Of a stretch of DNA of 64,000 nt, positions 41,580 through 55,019 are shown one piece after another. The position numbers and the translations under genes were made by a program. Position 1 is the stretch's first letter. Each line of letters starts with the position of its first letter. Origin of the DNA: an uncultured cyanobacterium (GTDB lineage Bacteria > Cyanobacteriota > Cyanobacteriia > Cyanobacteriales > Nostocaceae); assembly GCA_963706595.1 (NCBI GenBank), contig OY970166.1:3904001-3968000 (forward strand). Direction: 5' to 3'. The notes under the pieces were generated by a model that saw only the letters and a list, made by a program, of their open reading frames with translations, did not search any database and was not told the DNA's origin.

Positions 41580-41611
41580 TGTAGAGACGTTGCATACAAC
41601 GTCTCTACAAG
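41580..41611. repeat. REP, related GTAGAGACGTTG class (perfect palindrome)
   Basis: TGTAGAGACGTTG-CATA-CAACGTCTCTACA-AG between convergent genes. Confidence 0.85.
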
Positions 41612-41660
41612 GGTTCACCGAAAACGCATATTTGAATATTTGAATTCGGTCGTTGTTCAC

Positions 41661-44018
41661 TTAAAAAATCGAAGATTTATTTTCAGTTGCTTGAACAAAC
41701 GCCTCAAATTGACCGTTGTGTGTCCATTGGATAGCACCGTCATCTCTAGTTAAAAATAATTTTGTCTTGTTTTTACTCAGTTCAGACAGAGTTTTGGAAT
41801 CAACATTACCATAAGAGGCGATCGCCACCTGTGGTTGCAACATTTCGACTAAATTTTTCAAAGACTGAGGGCTACACCACAACACTTGCGGACGCAGCAA
41901 GCTTCCCGCCTTATATAGCTGTTCCACCTCTGTAGGCTTGACATTACCTACCAATAGCCAATTCTGACCTTGAATTTGAAATTGTAACACAGGTAACTGC
42001 TCATTAATTAATTGAGCCACTACTGAACCAGTATTTACAGTTTGACCAGGTGCTAAAGGCTGATAGCTTCCTTGTTGCTTTTGAACTTCCTGTTGAATTG
42101 CCTGAATAGCAGTGGTATTTTTTAGATTGGGTGAATATTCATAAAAATTTTTAATGGGTAGAGTTTGCAGCACTTCCAACCAAGCATTGCTATCTTGATA
42201 TTTAAAATTACTAGCGATCGCCCAATCTATCTGATTAACGCCCTGCTGTTGTAGAAATGGTAAAATTGTGAAACGTCCAGTCCCCTCATCACCACTATTA
42301 ATCAGCGTCACCTTTCCTCGGTCTTGAATGACTACAACTGGTTCTGTACCTGCGGCTAAAACCGTGATTCTAAATAATGTATTTGCAGAATACCACGATG
42401 GGATCAGCACCAAACTAATAGCCATTAAACCTGCGAACAACTGGCGTTTCTGCCACCAACGTACCAGCCAAACCGAAATAATCAGTGCATATATCCCTAG
42501 TAACTGCCAAGTAGAGATACTTCCCACAGTCAGAGAATTACCTGGCAAATTGCTAAATGCTTCTACTAATTTAATCAGCCAATCAGTAGGATAATATAAT
42601 ACACCAGCTAAAGCGCTACCACCCTCAGGCCAAACTAATGCGGCGATCGCACTAATAATTCCACCTATACTAATAGTTGCAATCAAAGGAGTACTGATAA
42701 TATTCAGTAGCACACCATAAGCAGGCATTACCCCAAATACATAAAGTTGCAGAGGTAAAGTCCAAATTGTAGCAGCCAGAGGAACAGCAATTAAAGAGGC
42801 GATCGCCAGTGGTAGCCAATCTAAGCGTTTCACAAGTGCCGGAACTGTGACAATTAACCCTAACGTGGCTAAAAAACTCAATTCAAAGCCTAAATCCCAA
42901 ATCCATAACGGGTTAATCAACAATAATATAGTTGCAGCTAGTAACAGAGAGCCAAATTGTTTAACCTTTCTTTTTAATAGCAAACCGACTAACGCCGCAA
43001 AACCCATAATTACCGCACGCAGTACCGAAGGCTGAAACCCTGTTAAACTCAGGAAAATAATTAACGCCAAACAGCCAAAAGTAAATTGTGTTCCCTTAGA
43101 TGTCCGCCTTGTCAACTGTAGAATTAAACCTAATACCAAAGAAACGTGAAATCCTGAAGCAGCCAAAGTATGAGCCAAACCAGCTTTCACAAACAAATCG
43201 CGGATATCGTAAGGTAAATCAACCGCCCTACTACCCAGAACCATTGCACTAACAAGGGGACCGGCTGGAACACCTAACCAACGAACCTGCGATCGCACAA
43301 TGCGTTGCCGAACTTGCCACCATCCCCACTTACGTTCATCATACTGATCAAGAACATTAATCTGTCTGCCAGTCAAACCAGCAAATATTCCCTGTTGCTG
43401 GAGAAACTTCTGAAAATCGAAAGCACCAGGATTTGATGCAGTTCTCGGCTTGTATAAAACTCCAGTCACAGCAACTTGTTGACCAGGATATAACCCCGTA
43501 GCCTGAAGCATTGGCACTGTCACATATAATTTACCTGTCACGCCCTTAGAAACAGCTACCGGGCCAGTTTCATTTTTCACCTCATCCAGTTGAGTAGCTG
43601 CTAACACAAATTGACCTCGTTGGCTACGAGTTAAACGGGGATTACTCGCCACCTCCCCACGCACAATCACCAGTTGTTGTTGATTACCGTTATTTTCTGA
43701 CGCAATAAATGTACTTATATCATTTTCATTTGGTTGTGGCGATCGCCATTGAAAATAGAAAGTTGCTAACAACCCCACCAACCCAGCAACCAGCCATATT
43801 CTAGGATGAGGAACATTTTGCCAAATACTAGGAAAACCCTCAGTTTTACCCCCAGCATATTCGGATTTTTGAGCAAATCGCCCTAATCTGCGTCTTCCAA
43901 ACAGAACTGCTCCCACAACCGCAAAACCTAGAACCCAAAACCCACCCCCAGGAACACCCGTCAACAGCAATCCCAGAATAAAGCCAAGACAGATAAACAC
44001 ACCACTTGTCTGAATCAT
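41661..44018 (-). CDS. comEC: ComEC/Rec2 competence channel
   Basis: NPGAFDF, GLAHTLAASGFHV, PSVLRA, LGFELSFLAT. Confidence 0.93.
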   Translation of the reverse strand: MIQTSGVFICLGFILGLLLTGVPGGGFWVLGFAVVGAVLFGRRRLGRFAQKSEYAGGKTEGFPSIWQNVPHPRIWLVAGLVGLLATFYFQWRSPQPNENDISTFIASENNGNQQQLVIVRGEVASNPRLTRSQRGQFVLAATQLDEVKNETGPVAVSKGVTGKLYVTVPMLQATGLYPGQQVAVTGVLYKPRTASNPGAFDFQKFLQQQGIFAGLTGRQINVLDQYDERKWGWWQVRQRIVRSQVRWLGVPAGPLVSAMVLGSRAVDLPYDIRDLFVKAGLAHTLAASGFHVSLVLGLILQLTRRTSKGTQFTFGCLALIIFLSLTGFQPSVLRAVIMGFAALVGLLLKRKVKQFGSLLLAATILLLINPLWIWDLGFELSFLATLGLIVTVPALVKRLDWLPLAIASLIAVPLAATIWTLPLQLYVFGVMPAYGVLLNIISTPLIATISIGGIISAIAALVWPEGGSALAGVLYYPTDWLIKLVEAFSNLPGNSLTVGSISTWQLLGIYALIISVWLVRWWQKRQLFAGLMAISLVLIPSWYSANTLFRITVLAAGTEPVVVIQDRGKVTLINSGDEGTGRFTILPFLQQQGVNQIDWAIASNFKYQDSNAWLEVLQTLPIKNFYEYSPNLKNTTAIQAIQQEVQKQQGSYQPLAPGQTVNTGSVVAQLINEQLPVLQFQIQGQNWLLVGNVKPTEVEQLYKAGSLLRPQVLWCSPQSLKNLVEMLQPQVAIASYGNVDSKTLSELSKNKTKLFLTRDDGAIQWTHNGQFEAFVQATENKSSIF

Positions 44019-44043
44019 AAGTCACTCATAAAAAAACTTACTT

Positions 44044-44107
44044 GTTCGTAGTAAGGGCTTTAGCCCTTAAAACACTTGTACCGAATGCTAAAAAACTAAC
44101 TACAAAC
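44044..44107. repeat. Small dispersed palindromic repeat
   Basis: GTTCGTAGT..AAGGGCTTTAGCCCTT..ACTACAAAC. Confidence 0.55.
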
Positions 44108-44177
44108 TACTATTTATACTTATTAAGTAAATATAATTTACAATTTATTTAAAAATACCTGGGGAAGCAATAAAAGC

Positions 44178-44268
44178 AGGATTTACGCAAAAACTCTCTC
44201 AAACCCTTATTCCTCTGTGTTCTCTGCGTCTCTGTGGTTCGTTATTCCGTAATTTGTGCGTAAGTCCT
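44178..44268. mobile_element. MITE-like element
   Basis: TIRs AGGATTTACGCA / TGCGTAAGTCCT with internal CTCTG(T/C)G repeats. Confidence 0.65.
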
Positions 44269-44347
44269 AAAAAGAAAGCCTTATGCTTTTTGCTGCTGTA
44301 TATAGTAATTCGTTTTGATTTCGTGAATATCGGAAATCGGTTATCTG

Positions 44348-44505
44348 ACATCTTGTACTAGCCGATTAGAAGATTGGGCTACACAAACAAAACTCTCCTA
44401 TGCGGGTTTGAGACCTTTGAGACTCTTGATTTTTCATTAGTCCGCGAAGGCGGACTTTGTTTGTATAGCCGCGATTTCTAATCGCCAGGACTAGGTACAA
44501 GATGT
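44348..44505. mobile_element. Nested foldback MITE-like element
   Basis: ACATCTTGTAC/GTACAAGATGT; CGATTAGAA/TTCTAATCG; GGCTACACAAACAAA/TTTGTTTGTATAGCC. Confidence 0.7.
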
Positions 44506-44523
44506 GAAGAATCTTATTGATTT

Positions 44524-45576
44524 TTACTTAAACAACGAAAGTATTACCCATAGAGCATAAAAGGCAATTGGAATCCAAAGCACCCAATTAGATCGATAAT
44601 TAGCTTTAATGGCGGAATTTGAAATAAAGTGTGGATTTTTTGGCTCTAAAACCAATTGTGGTAAAGGTTGTATGGTATCTGGCTGTATAACTGGATGCAT
44701 AATTGGTTGTAAATCTTTGAGTGGAAAACCCAACTTTTCCCGTTGCTCAACATATAGATGAGCCACCTTCCGAGCCAAATGACGAATCCTGCCAATGTAA
44801 CGAGTTCTCTCCGTCACCGAAATCACACCTCTAGCATCCAGCAGATTAAACGTGTGCGAACACTTCATCACATAATCCAGACTCGGTACAACCAACCCAC
44901 GCTCAGTCAATTGACCAGCTTCCTGCTCATATAAATTAAACAGTGTCAGCAGCAACTCAGGATTCGACCCCTCAAAATTGTAAGTACACTGCTCAATCTC
45001 ACTTTGCAGAAAAACATCACCATAAGTAATAGTGTCCGTCCAATCAATCTTAGTAATAGCTTCCACCTGCTGGAGATACATCACCAGACGCTCCAACCCG
45101 TAAGTAATTTCAATAGATACAGGACGACAATCAATTCCCCCACACTGTTGGAAATAGGTAAATTGAGTAATTTCCATCCCATCTAACCAGACTTCCCAAC
45201 CAGTACCCCAAGCGCCCACCGTCGCATCTTCCCAGTTATCCTCCACAAATCGAACATCATGATCTTCTGGACGAATCCCCAAAACCCTTAAAGAATCCAG
45301 ATAAATATCTTGAATATTATCCGGTGAAGGCTTAATCAAAACTTGGTACTGATAATAATGTTGAAAACGATTCGGATTTTCGCCGTAACGGCCATCAGTA
45401 GGACGACGACATGGTTCAACATAAGCAACAGACCAAGGTTCCGGACCCAACGCCCTTAAAAATGTATGAGGGTTTTTAGTACCCGCCCCCTTCTCAATAT
45501 CGTAAGGCTGGGCAATTAAGCAACCACGTTCACCCCAAAACTGGTGCAATAAACTAATGACAGACTGAAAATTCAC
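44524..45576 (-). CDS. glyQ: Glycine--tRNA ligase alpha subunit with 64-aa C-terminal extension
   Basis: [44 protein letters not shown]; extension after LGFPL. Confidence 0.96.
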   Translation of the reverse strand: MNFQSVISLLHQFWGERGCLIAQPYDIEKGAGTKNPHTFLRALGPEPWSVAYVEPCRRPTDGRYGENPNRFQHYYQYQVLIKPSPDNIQDIYLDSLRVLGIRPEDHDVRFVEDNWEDATVGAWGTGWEVWLDGMEITQFTYFQQCGGIDCRPVSIEITYGLERLVMYLQQVEAITKIDWTDTITYGDVFLQSEIEQCTYNFEGSNPELLLTLFNLYEQEAGQLTERGLVVPSLDYVMKCSHTFNLLDARGVISVTERTRYIGRIRHLARKVAHLYVEQREKLGFPLKDLQPIMHPVIQPDTIQPLPQLVLEPKNPHFISNSAIKANYRSNWVLWIPIAFYALWVILSLFK

Positions 45577-45689
45577 GCTCTACCCTCCCATAATCAGCAA
45601 AGTGCATAAACCATTGTTGCCTACAACCTAGCACTGTGGGGAGTTTCAGGCGCACAAAAAAATGAATTCAAAAATATTTGAAAAAAGAG

Positions 45690-45718
45690 TTGACAAAGAT
45701 AGGAGCGCTCGCTATATT
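45690..45718 (+). promoter_or_regulatory. rrn sigma70-type promoter
   Basis: TTGACA-N17-TATATT with A-rich UP region; boxA-like GAACCTTGAAAA at 45771. Confidence 0.85.
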
Positions 45719-45891
45719 AGATAAGTGCCTGAGAGACGAGCGCCAAAGAGCGGCGTTTTGAAGACACACCGAACCTTGAAAATATTATAGTTTGAAAGCA
45801 ATTATACAGCAAATATTGCGCGTCAAGTCAATAAAATAACGAGACTAAAGTTAAAAAACAGTAGTCAAGAAAGAGCTAAAACAAACAAACC

Positions 45892-47380
<1,489 letters not shown>

Positions 47381-47501
47381 TAGGGAGACCGAATCCACTC
47401 AAACATCGAAAGCAAATTGCAATTAGATAATGAGTTGGTCATTCCTAGGTCGGTCGCGAATATTTGTTAAGCTTTCAAACTATAGATTTGGTTCGGATAA
47501 T

Positions 47502-47575
<74 letters not shown>

Positions 47576-47580
47576 CCTGA

Positions 47581-47658
47581 AATCAGTTAACAGTCAACAG
47601 TAATCAGTAATCAGTAAAAAGCTGATAACTGGTAACTGATACCTGATAACTGACTGAT
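47581..47658. repeat. ITS V2 hairpin built from inverted heptamer STRRs
   Basis: (t/a)a(a/t)cagt units followed by complementary ctgataa/ctggtaa units. Confidence 0.75.
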
Positions 47659-47731
47659 GGGGGTTTAGCTCAGTTGGTAGAGCGCCTGCTTTGCAAGCAG
47701 GATGTCAGCGGTTCGAGTCCGCTAATCTCCA
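47659..47731 (+). tRNA. tRNA-Ala(TGC)
   Basis: GGGGGTTTAGCTCAG...CTGCTTTGCAAGCAG...CTAATCTCCA. Confidence 0.98.
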
Positions 47732-48050
47732 CCTTGTGTAAAAATCGCAAAAAAATCATATCGTTGATTGTCAGACAAGACAAAAAATAGATATAATAAT
47801 TTTTGTGGTCATTAGCACAGTATGATAAAATAATAGATCGGGGAAGATTCAGCAATTGATTGATAGAACAATCGAACTGCTGGGTAAATATCCAGCCAGA
47901 ACCTTGAAAACTGCATAGTAACGCGAAAAAAAAGCAGGCAGACGGATTAGAGTCCTGATTGCTTCTTGACTAAGTGCTGAGTAAAATCAGTGCAAAGAAC
48001 GAAGTAAACAGAACGAAGAAAAGTTTGCAGAAAAACACCAATGAAAAAGT

Positions 48051-50879
<2,829 letters not shown>

Positions 50880-50955
50880 CAGATCATTGCTTGTGTGAAT
50901 TGCTAATTATTTCGCGTGACTGTGCAGCCTTCAGGGTCTCTGACCCACCATTCTT

Positions 50956-51073
50956 TCCTGGTGTTTATTGCGCGGTGGAACCACACTGATCCCTTCCCGA
51001 ACTCAGAGGTGAAACGCTGCTGCGGCGACGATAGTTTTGGGGTAGCCCTCTGCAAAAATAGCTCGATGCCAGG
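50956..51073 (+). rRNA. rrf: 5S rRNA
   Basis: TCCTGGTG...CCGAACTCAGAGGTGAAAC...GATGCCAGG. Confidence 0.96.
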
Positions 51074-51087
51074 TTTATTTTTTAACG

Positions 51088-51125
51088 AAAACCCCTTAGC
51101 TTTTATCATTGCTAGGGGGTTTTTG
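51088..51125 (+). terminator. rrn terminator
   Basis: AAAACCCCTTAGC...GCTAGGGGGTTTTT. Confidence 0.85.
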
Positions 51126-51372
51126 TTTATGATGTTTTTATTTTGAGCTTTCAATCACTCTGCTGTTGTTAGCTAAACAGTGTAAAATTACACGCTTTAT
51201 GTAGTAAATATTATACTAACTTGAAAAGACATGATTCTGTAGAAACTTTCTCGATAATACTCCAATACTAGAGATATAACGAGAAAAATTACTTCAATAA
51301 TGTTTGCGTTCGGATATTACCGAGAGAAAATGTTATAAAATAAGTCCTTATACAAAAGATAGACAAGTCAGG

Positions 51373-52323
51373 ATTTAGCTTGTTAGTGCGTATGTCACAA
51401 ATTTTAGGTCTATTGAGGATAGTAATAAATTTGAAATTGGGGATCTGACTTGCCTAGTTGGGAAGAACGAAGCAGGTAAAACTGCTATCCTTCAGGCCTT
51501 TTACGGCATTAATCCGTTTGCATCTTTTATTTACGATAGAACTCGTGACTATCCCCGTCGTCACTTTAGTCGTTTTGATGATCGACATACAGATGGTTAC
51601 TCGAAAGTCATCGAAACACATTGGATTCTATCGTCTGCCGATATAAAACTCGTAAGTGACATTTATAGGACAGACGGGCTGAAGGTGGTAATTGATATAG
51701 CTGAAGGCAAAGCTGGAGACAAGCCCCCATTCAACTCTGGAACTATTGTCAACATTCGTATTGAAAACAGCAATCATCGAGTAACTGTCCCACTTTCCGA
51801 ACGAAGTGCTGGCTTTGTATGGTTCTTTTCTTTCTTATCCCAGTTCAAACAACTTAAGAAGACTACGGGTAATGCCATCATACTACTGGATGAGCCAGGA
51901 TTAACTCTACACGGAAAAGCTCAATCTGATTTGCTACGTTACATTGAGGAGAGGCTTCTTCCTGAGCATCAGGTCATTTTCACAACACACTCTCCATTTA
52001 TGGTACCTGCGGAGCGCATGGCAGATGTTCGGATTGTTGAAGATGTAATCAAGTATTAAGGCAGAAAGCCGACCGTACTAGGTACCAAAGTTTCTTCCGA
52101 CGCATTACTTGTTGATAAAGATACGCTATTCCCGCTACAGGCTGCACTTGGATACGAAATCACCCAGTCACTTTTTATCGGTAAAGATACGCTGCTTGTA
52201 GAAGGACCATCAGACATTCTTTATCTTCAAGCATTCTCTACAGCTTTAAAGAATCGCAAACGTGAAGGCTTAGATTCGCGCTGGACGATATGCCCTTCTG
52301 GTGGGATAGATAAAATATCCTGA
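51373..52323 (+). pseudogene. Decayed OLD-family ATPase/TOPRIM gene
   Basis: One frame: ATT TAG CTT in place of a start, NFRSIEDS, LVGKNEAGKT, LLDEPGLTLH, TTHSPFM, TAA at 52057, then LLVEGPSD; cut by IS at 52320. Confidence 0.85.
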
Positions 52324-52708
52324 CGGGGCGACAAACAAGGCTGAAAACAAGACAGTATAAACAATGTAACGATTTATGGTAAAAAAAGATAGGTCAGGGA
52401 TTGTCAATAAGACCTATCTAATGAAAATAATACCTTTATTCTATCAAAAGCACTTAAAAAGTCAATTGAGTCTAGCAGAATACCTGTTTCTCCAAATTTT
52501 GGTGAACATCTTACAGTCAATTAAAAACGTGAATTTAGAAAGGTTAGCGACTGGGATACCTTTGCCAATTAAATTTGAGAGTAGAAGGAGAAGAATACAA
52601 AGATTTCTCTCATTACCAAATCTCACAATTGAAAAAATTTGGTTTCCTATCATTACGGAATGGCTATCAATATACTTCACTAACGAAAAAATAATTTATG
52701 TAGCAATA
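52320..52708 (+). mobile_element. Truncated IS4-family element (left end + transposase N-terminus)
   Basis: End CTGACGGGGCGACAA; ORF with PIKFESRRRRIQRFL..IWFP..YVAI, breaking off at the expected first DDE Asp. Confidence 0.75.
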
Positions 52709-52768
52709 TTTGGCAGTTCTAAAAATGGATCGGCTAGCACAAAGATAAATAATTGTGAAGCGAACAGT

Positions 52769-52855
52769 ATATAACAACCGTATTGGAGCGGACTAGCTAA
52801 AAATTATAATATGGTTTTCAAAGTTGCTATTAGCCGCTCAATACAACCGTTAGCC
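52769..52855 (+). other. Integron attC-like recombination site
   Basis: R'' ATATAAC, L'' GTATTG(G)AGCGG(A)CTA, L' TAGCCGCTCAATAC, R' GTTAGCC; upstream ORF stop TAA inside R''. Confidence 0.7.
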
Positions 52856-52928
52856 TTCAATCTTTCGATAGGGGTGTAGCGAGAGGTGATCTTTGGGTTG
52901 TGATGTCCAAGTGAGCTACAATGCAATC

Positions 52929-53021
52929 GCGATCGCCTGTATTTTGTTCTGGTTGTAGTTTGAAGACGCGTTATGTATCAGCAATGCATACATCGTAAAC
53001 GCTGACTACCAGGGCGATCGC
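52929..53021. repeat. HIP1-bounded hairpin element (SDR5-like)
   Basis: GCGATCGC at both ends; inner pairs GTAGT/ACTAC, GCGTT/AACGC, ATGTAT/ATACAT. Confidence 0.5.
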
Positions 53022-53101
53022 GCATTCACCTAGAGAAAGATACCCTTATGCTGAAAGTTTGTAAGAATTGAAATAATAGTAGATGTTATGGAGATAGTTC
53101 A

Positions 53102-54028
53102 ATGGCAAATGACAGTGTGAGGATTGTTTCTCTGATTCCTGGTGGAACCGAGATTTTAGCCGCCCTGGGATTGACAGATCAAATTGTGGGGCGATCGCAT
53201 GAATGTGACTACCCTCCAGAAATCCAAAATCTTCCAGTGTGTACCAAAGCACGCTTAAGCCCTCGTGACCCTAGCCGCAAAATTAATGATGATGTCAACA
53301 ATTTATTACAATCTGCCTTAAGTATTTATGAAATCAAAACAGATATATTAGAAAAATTACAACCCACCCACATTATTACACAAGACCAGTGTGATGTCTG
53401 TGCAGTCAGCCTTGCAGATGTAGAAAAAGCTGTTGCTAGTCTCGTCCACAGCTCACCTCAGATTATTTCCTTAAAACCTAACCTTCTGCAAGATGTTTGG
53501 AAAGATATTGAGAGAGTAGGTAATATCTTTGGTGTAGACTCAGTTCACCTGTTAGAAAATTTAGCAGCTCGCGTCACCATTTGTCAGAGCAAACTCCAAG
53601 GGCTTTCTGTAACAGAATTACCCACAGTAGCCTGTATTGAGTGGACAGACCCTTTAATGACCGCCGCCAATTGGATTCCCGAACTAGTCAACTTAGCCGG
53701 AGGTCAATCACAGTTTAGTCTTACAGGTCAGCCATCTGCTTGTGTCCCGTGGGAAACATTGTTACAGAGCAATCCAGATATTATCATTTTTATGCCCTGT
53801 GGCTTTGATTTAGATCGGACTCGTCAAGAAGCCAAATTATTCATTCAACGTCCAGATTGGCAAAAACTTCATGCTACCCACAGTGGGAGAGTTTATATTA
53901 CTGATGGTAACGCCTTCTTCAACCGTCCAGGGCCACGACTTGCAGATTCTCTAGAAATTTTGGCAGAAATTTTGCATCCTGAAATTTTTGATTATGGCTA
54001 TAAAGGAACAGGCTGGGAGACTATTTGA
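53102..54028 (+). CDS. Cobalamin/Fe-siderophore-type binding protein (BtuF-like)
   Basis: RIVSLIP..TE, GRSHECDYP, FNRPGPRL. Confidence 0.85.
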   Translation: MANDSVRIVSLIPGGTEILAALGLTDQIVGRSHECDYPPEIQNLPVCTKARLSPRDPSRKINDDVNNLLQSALSIYEIKTDILEKLQPTHIITQDQCDVCAVSLADVEKAVASLVHSSPQIISLKPNLLQDVWKDIERVGNIFGVDSVHLLENLAARVTICQSKLQGLSVTELPTVACIEWTDPLMTAANWIPELVNLAGGQSQFSLTGQPSACVPWETLLQSNPDIIIFMPCGFDLDRTRQEAKLFIQRPDWQKLHATHSGRVYITDGNAFFNRPGPRLADSLEILAEILHPEIFDYGYKGTGWETI

Positions 54029-54039
54029 ACACAGTAATC

Positions 54040-54066
54040 AGACGCGATAAATCGCGTCTCTACAAG
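54040..54066 (-). repeat. REP copy 7
   Basis: Minus strand CTTGTAGAGACGCGATTTATCGCGTCT. Confidence 0.9.
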
Positions 54067-54074
54067 TGAGTTTT

Positions 54075-54791
54075 TTACATCCAAGCACTAAAAACAGCTA
54101 AACCGTAATATTTCCAAGGTACTGCTACTGTCTTAAATCCAGATGTGGTCAACATTTGTAATTGGGTATCTAAGGTAGCGAGCTGGTCTTGGTTAGAGTA
54201 TCCTTGCTGAGTACTAATACCAATTTTAGCCCGCACCTCTGTTAAATTAGTTCCCTGTTGGATTGCCCATTCCTCTCGTGCTGTCTGATAAACTTCTGCT
54301 AGGACAGATGATTCTGGTAATGTCGGATCCGCATTGCCAAAATACCCTCCAGGGCTAAGACTTGTAACAATTCGTTGAAATAACTTTAGCTTCATCGGAT
54401 CATTGAGATGGTGAATTGCCAAAGATGAAACACAGGCATCAAATTCGCTACCAATATGCAACTTTTCTGAATTTTCTGCCCATTCGCCAAAATCGGCTTG
54501 TATCCCAGTCCATTGTTGTTGATATCCAGCGGATGTAATTTTATCGCCAGCAGATTTTAACATTCGAGGTGAGTAATCGAGGGCAATGATTTCGGCATCG
54601 GGAAAGCGCTGAAAGATTTTTAGAGTCAGTTCCCCTGTACCGCAGCCTAATTCTAAAATCCGGCGAGTTGTGGTAGGGAGACACCGGGTAATTACCTCCA
54701 ACATTTCATCATATCGGGGTAAGAGTTGGCGAATCCCATGATCAAAATCCGCAGTGTTGGCGAATACTTCTCCAGGAAATATTTGTTGCAT
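54075..54791 (-). CDS. Class I SAM-dependent methyltransferase
   Basis: ILELGCGTG, LDYSPRM, FDACVSSLAIHH. Confidence 0.9.
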   Translation of the reverse strand: MQQIFPGEVFANTADFDHGIRQLLPRYDEMLEVITRCLPTTTRRILELGCGTGELTLKIFQRFPDAEIIALDYSPRMLKSAGDKITSAGYQQQWTGIQADFGEWAENSEKLHIGSEFDACVSSLAIHHLNDPMKLKLFQRIVTSLSPGGYFGNADPTLPESSVLAEVYQTAREEWAIQQGTNLTEVRAKIGISTQQGYSNQDQLATLDTQLQMLTTSGFKTVAVPWKYYGLAVFSAWM

Positions 54792-55019
54792 GAGAATTGA
54801 ACAGATAAACAAACAGATGCACTATTATTTATGATGACCTATATTTGAGAATCCCACCCTACCGTATACACACAAGGTAGCTAAGGAGAGGAGGAAAGAA
54901 AAGCATCGCTTTGGCAGATCGTTCTTGGATATTGATAAAATAAAAAAAATAATATATTATATCTAGTTGCCCCTGGCGGTACTCAGTCCCAAATTTTCTT
55001 CCCATACTTGGGAAACTTT

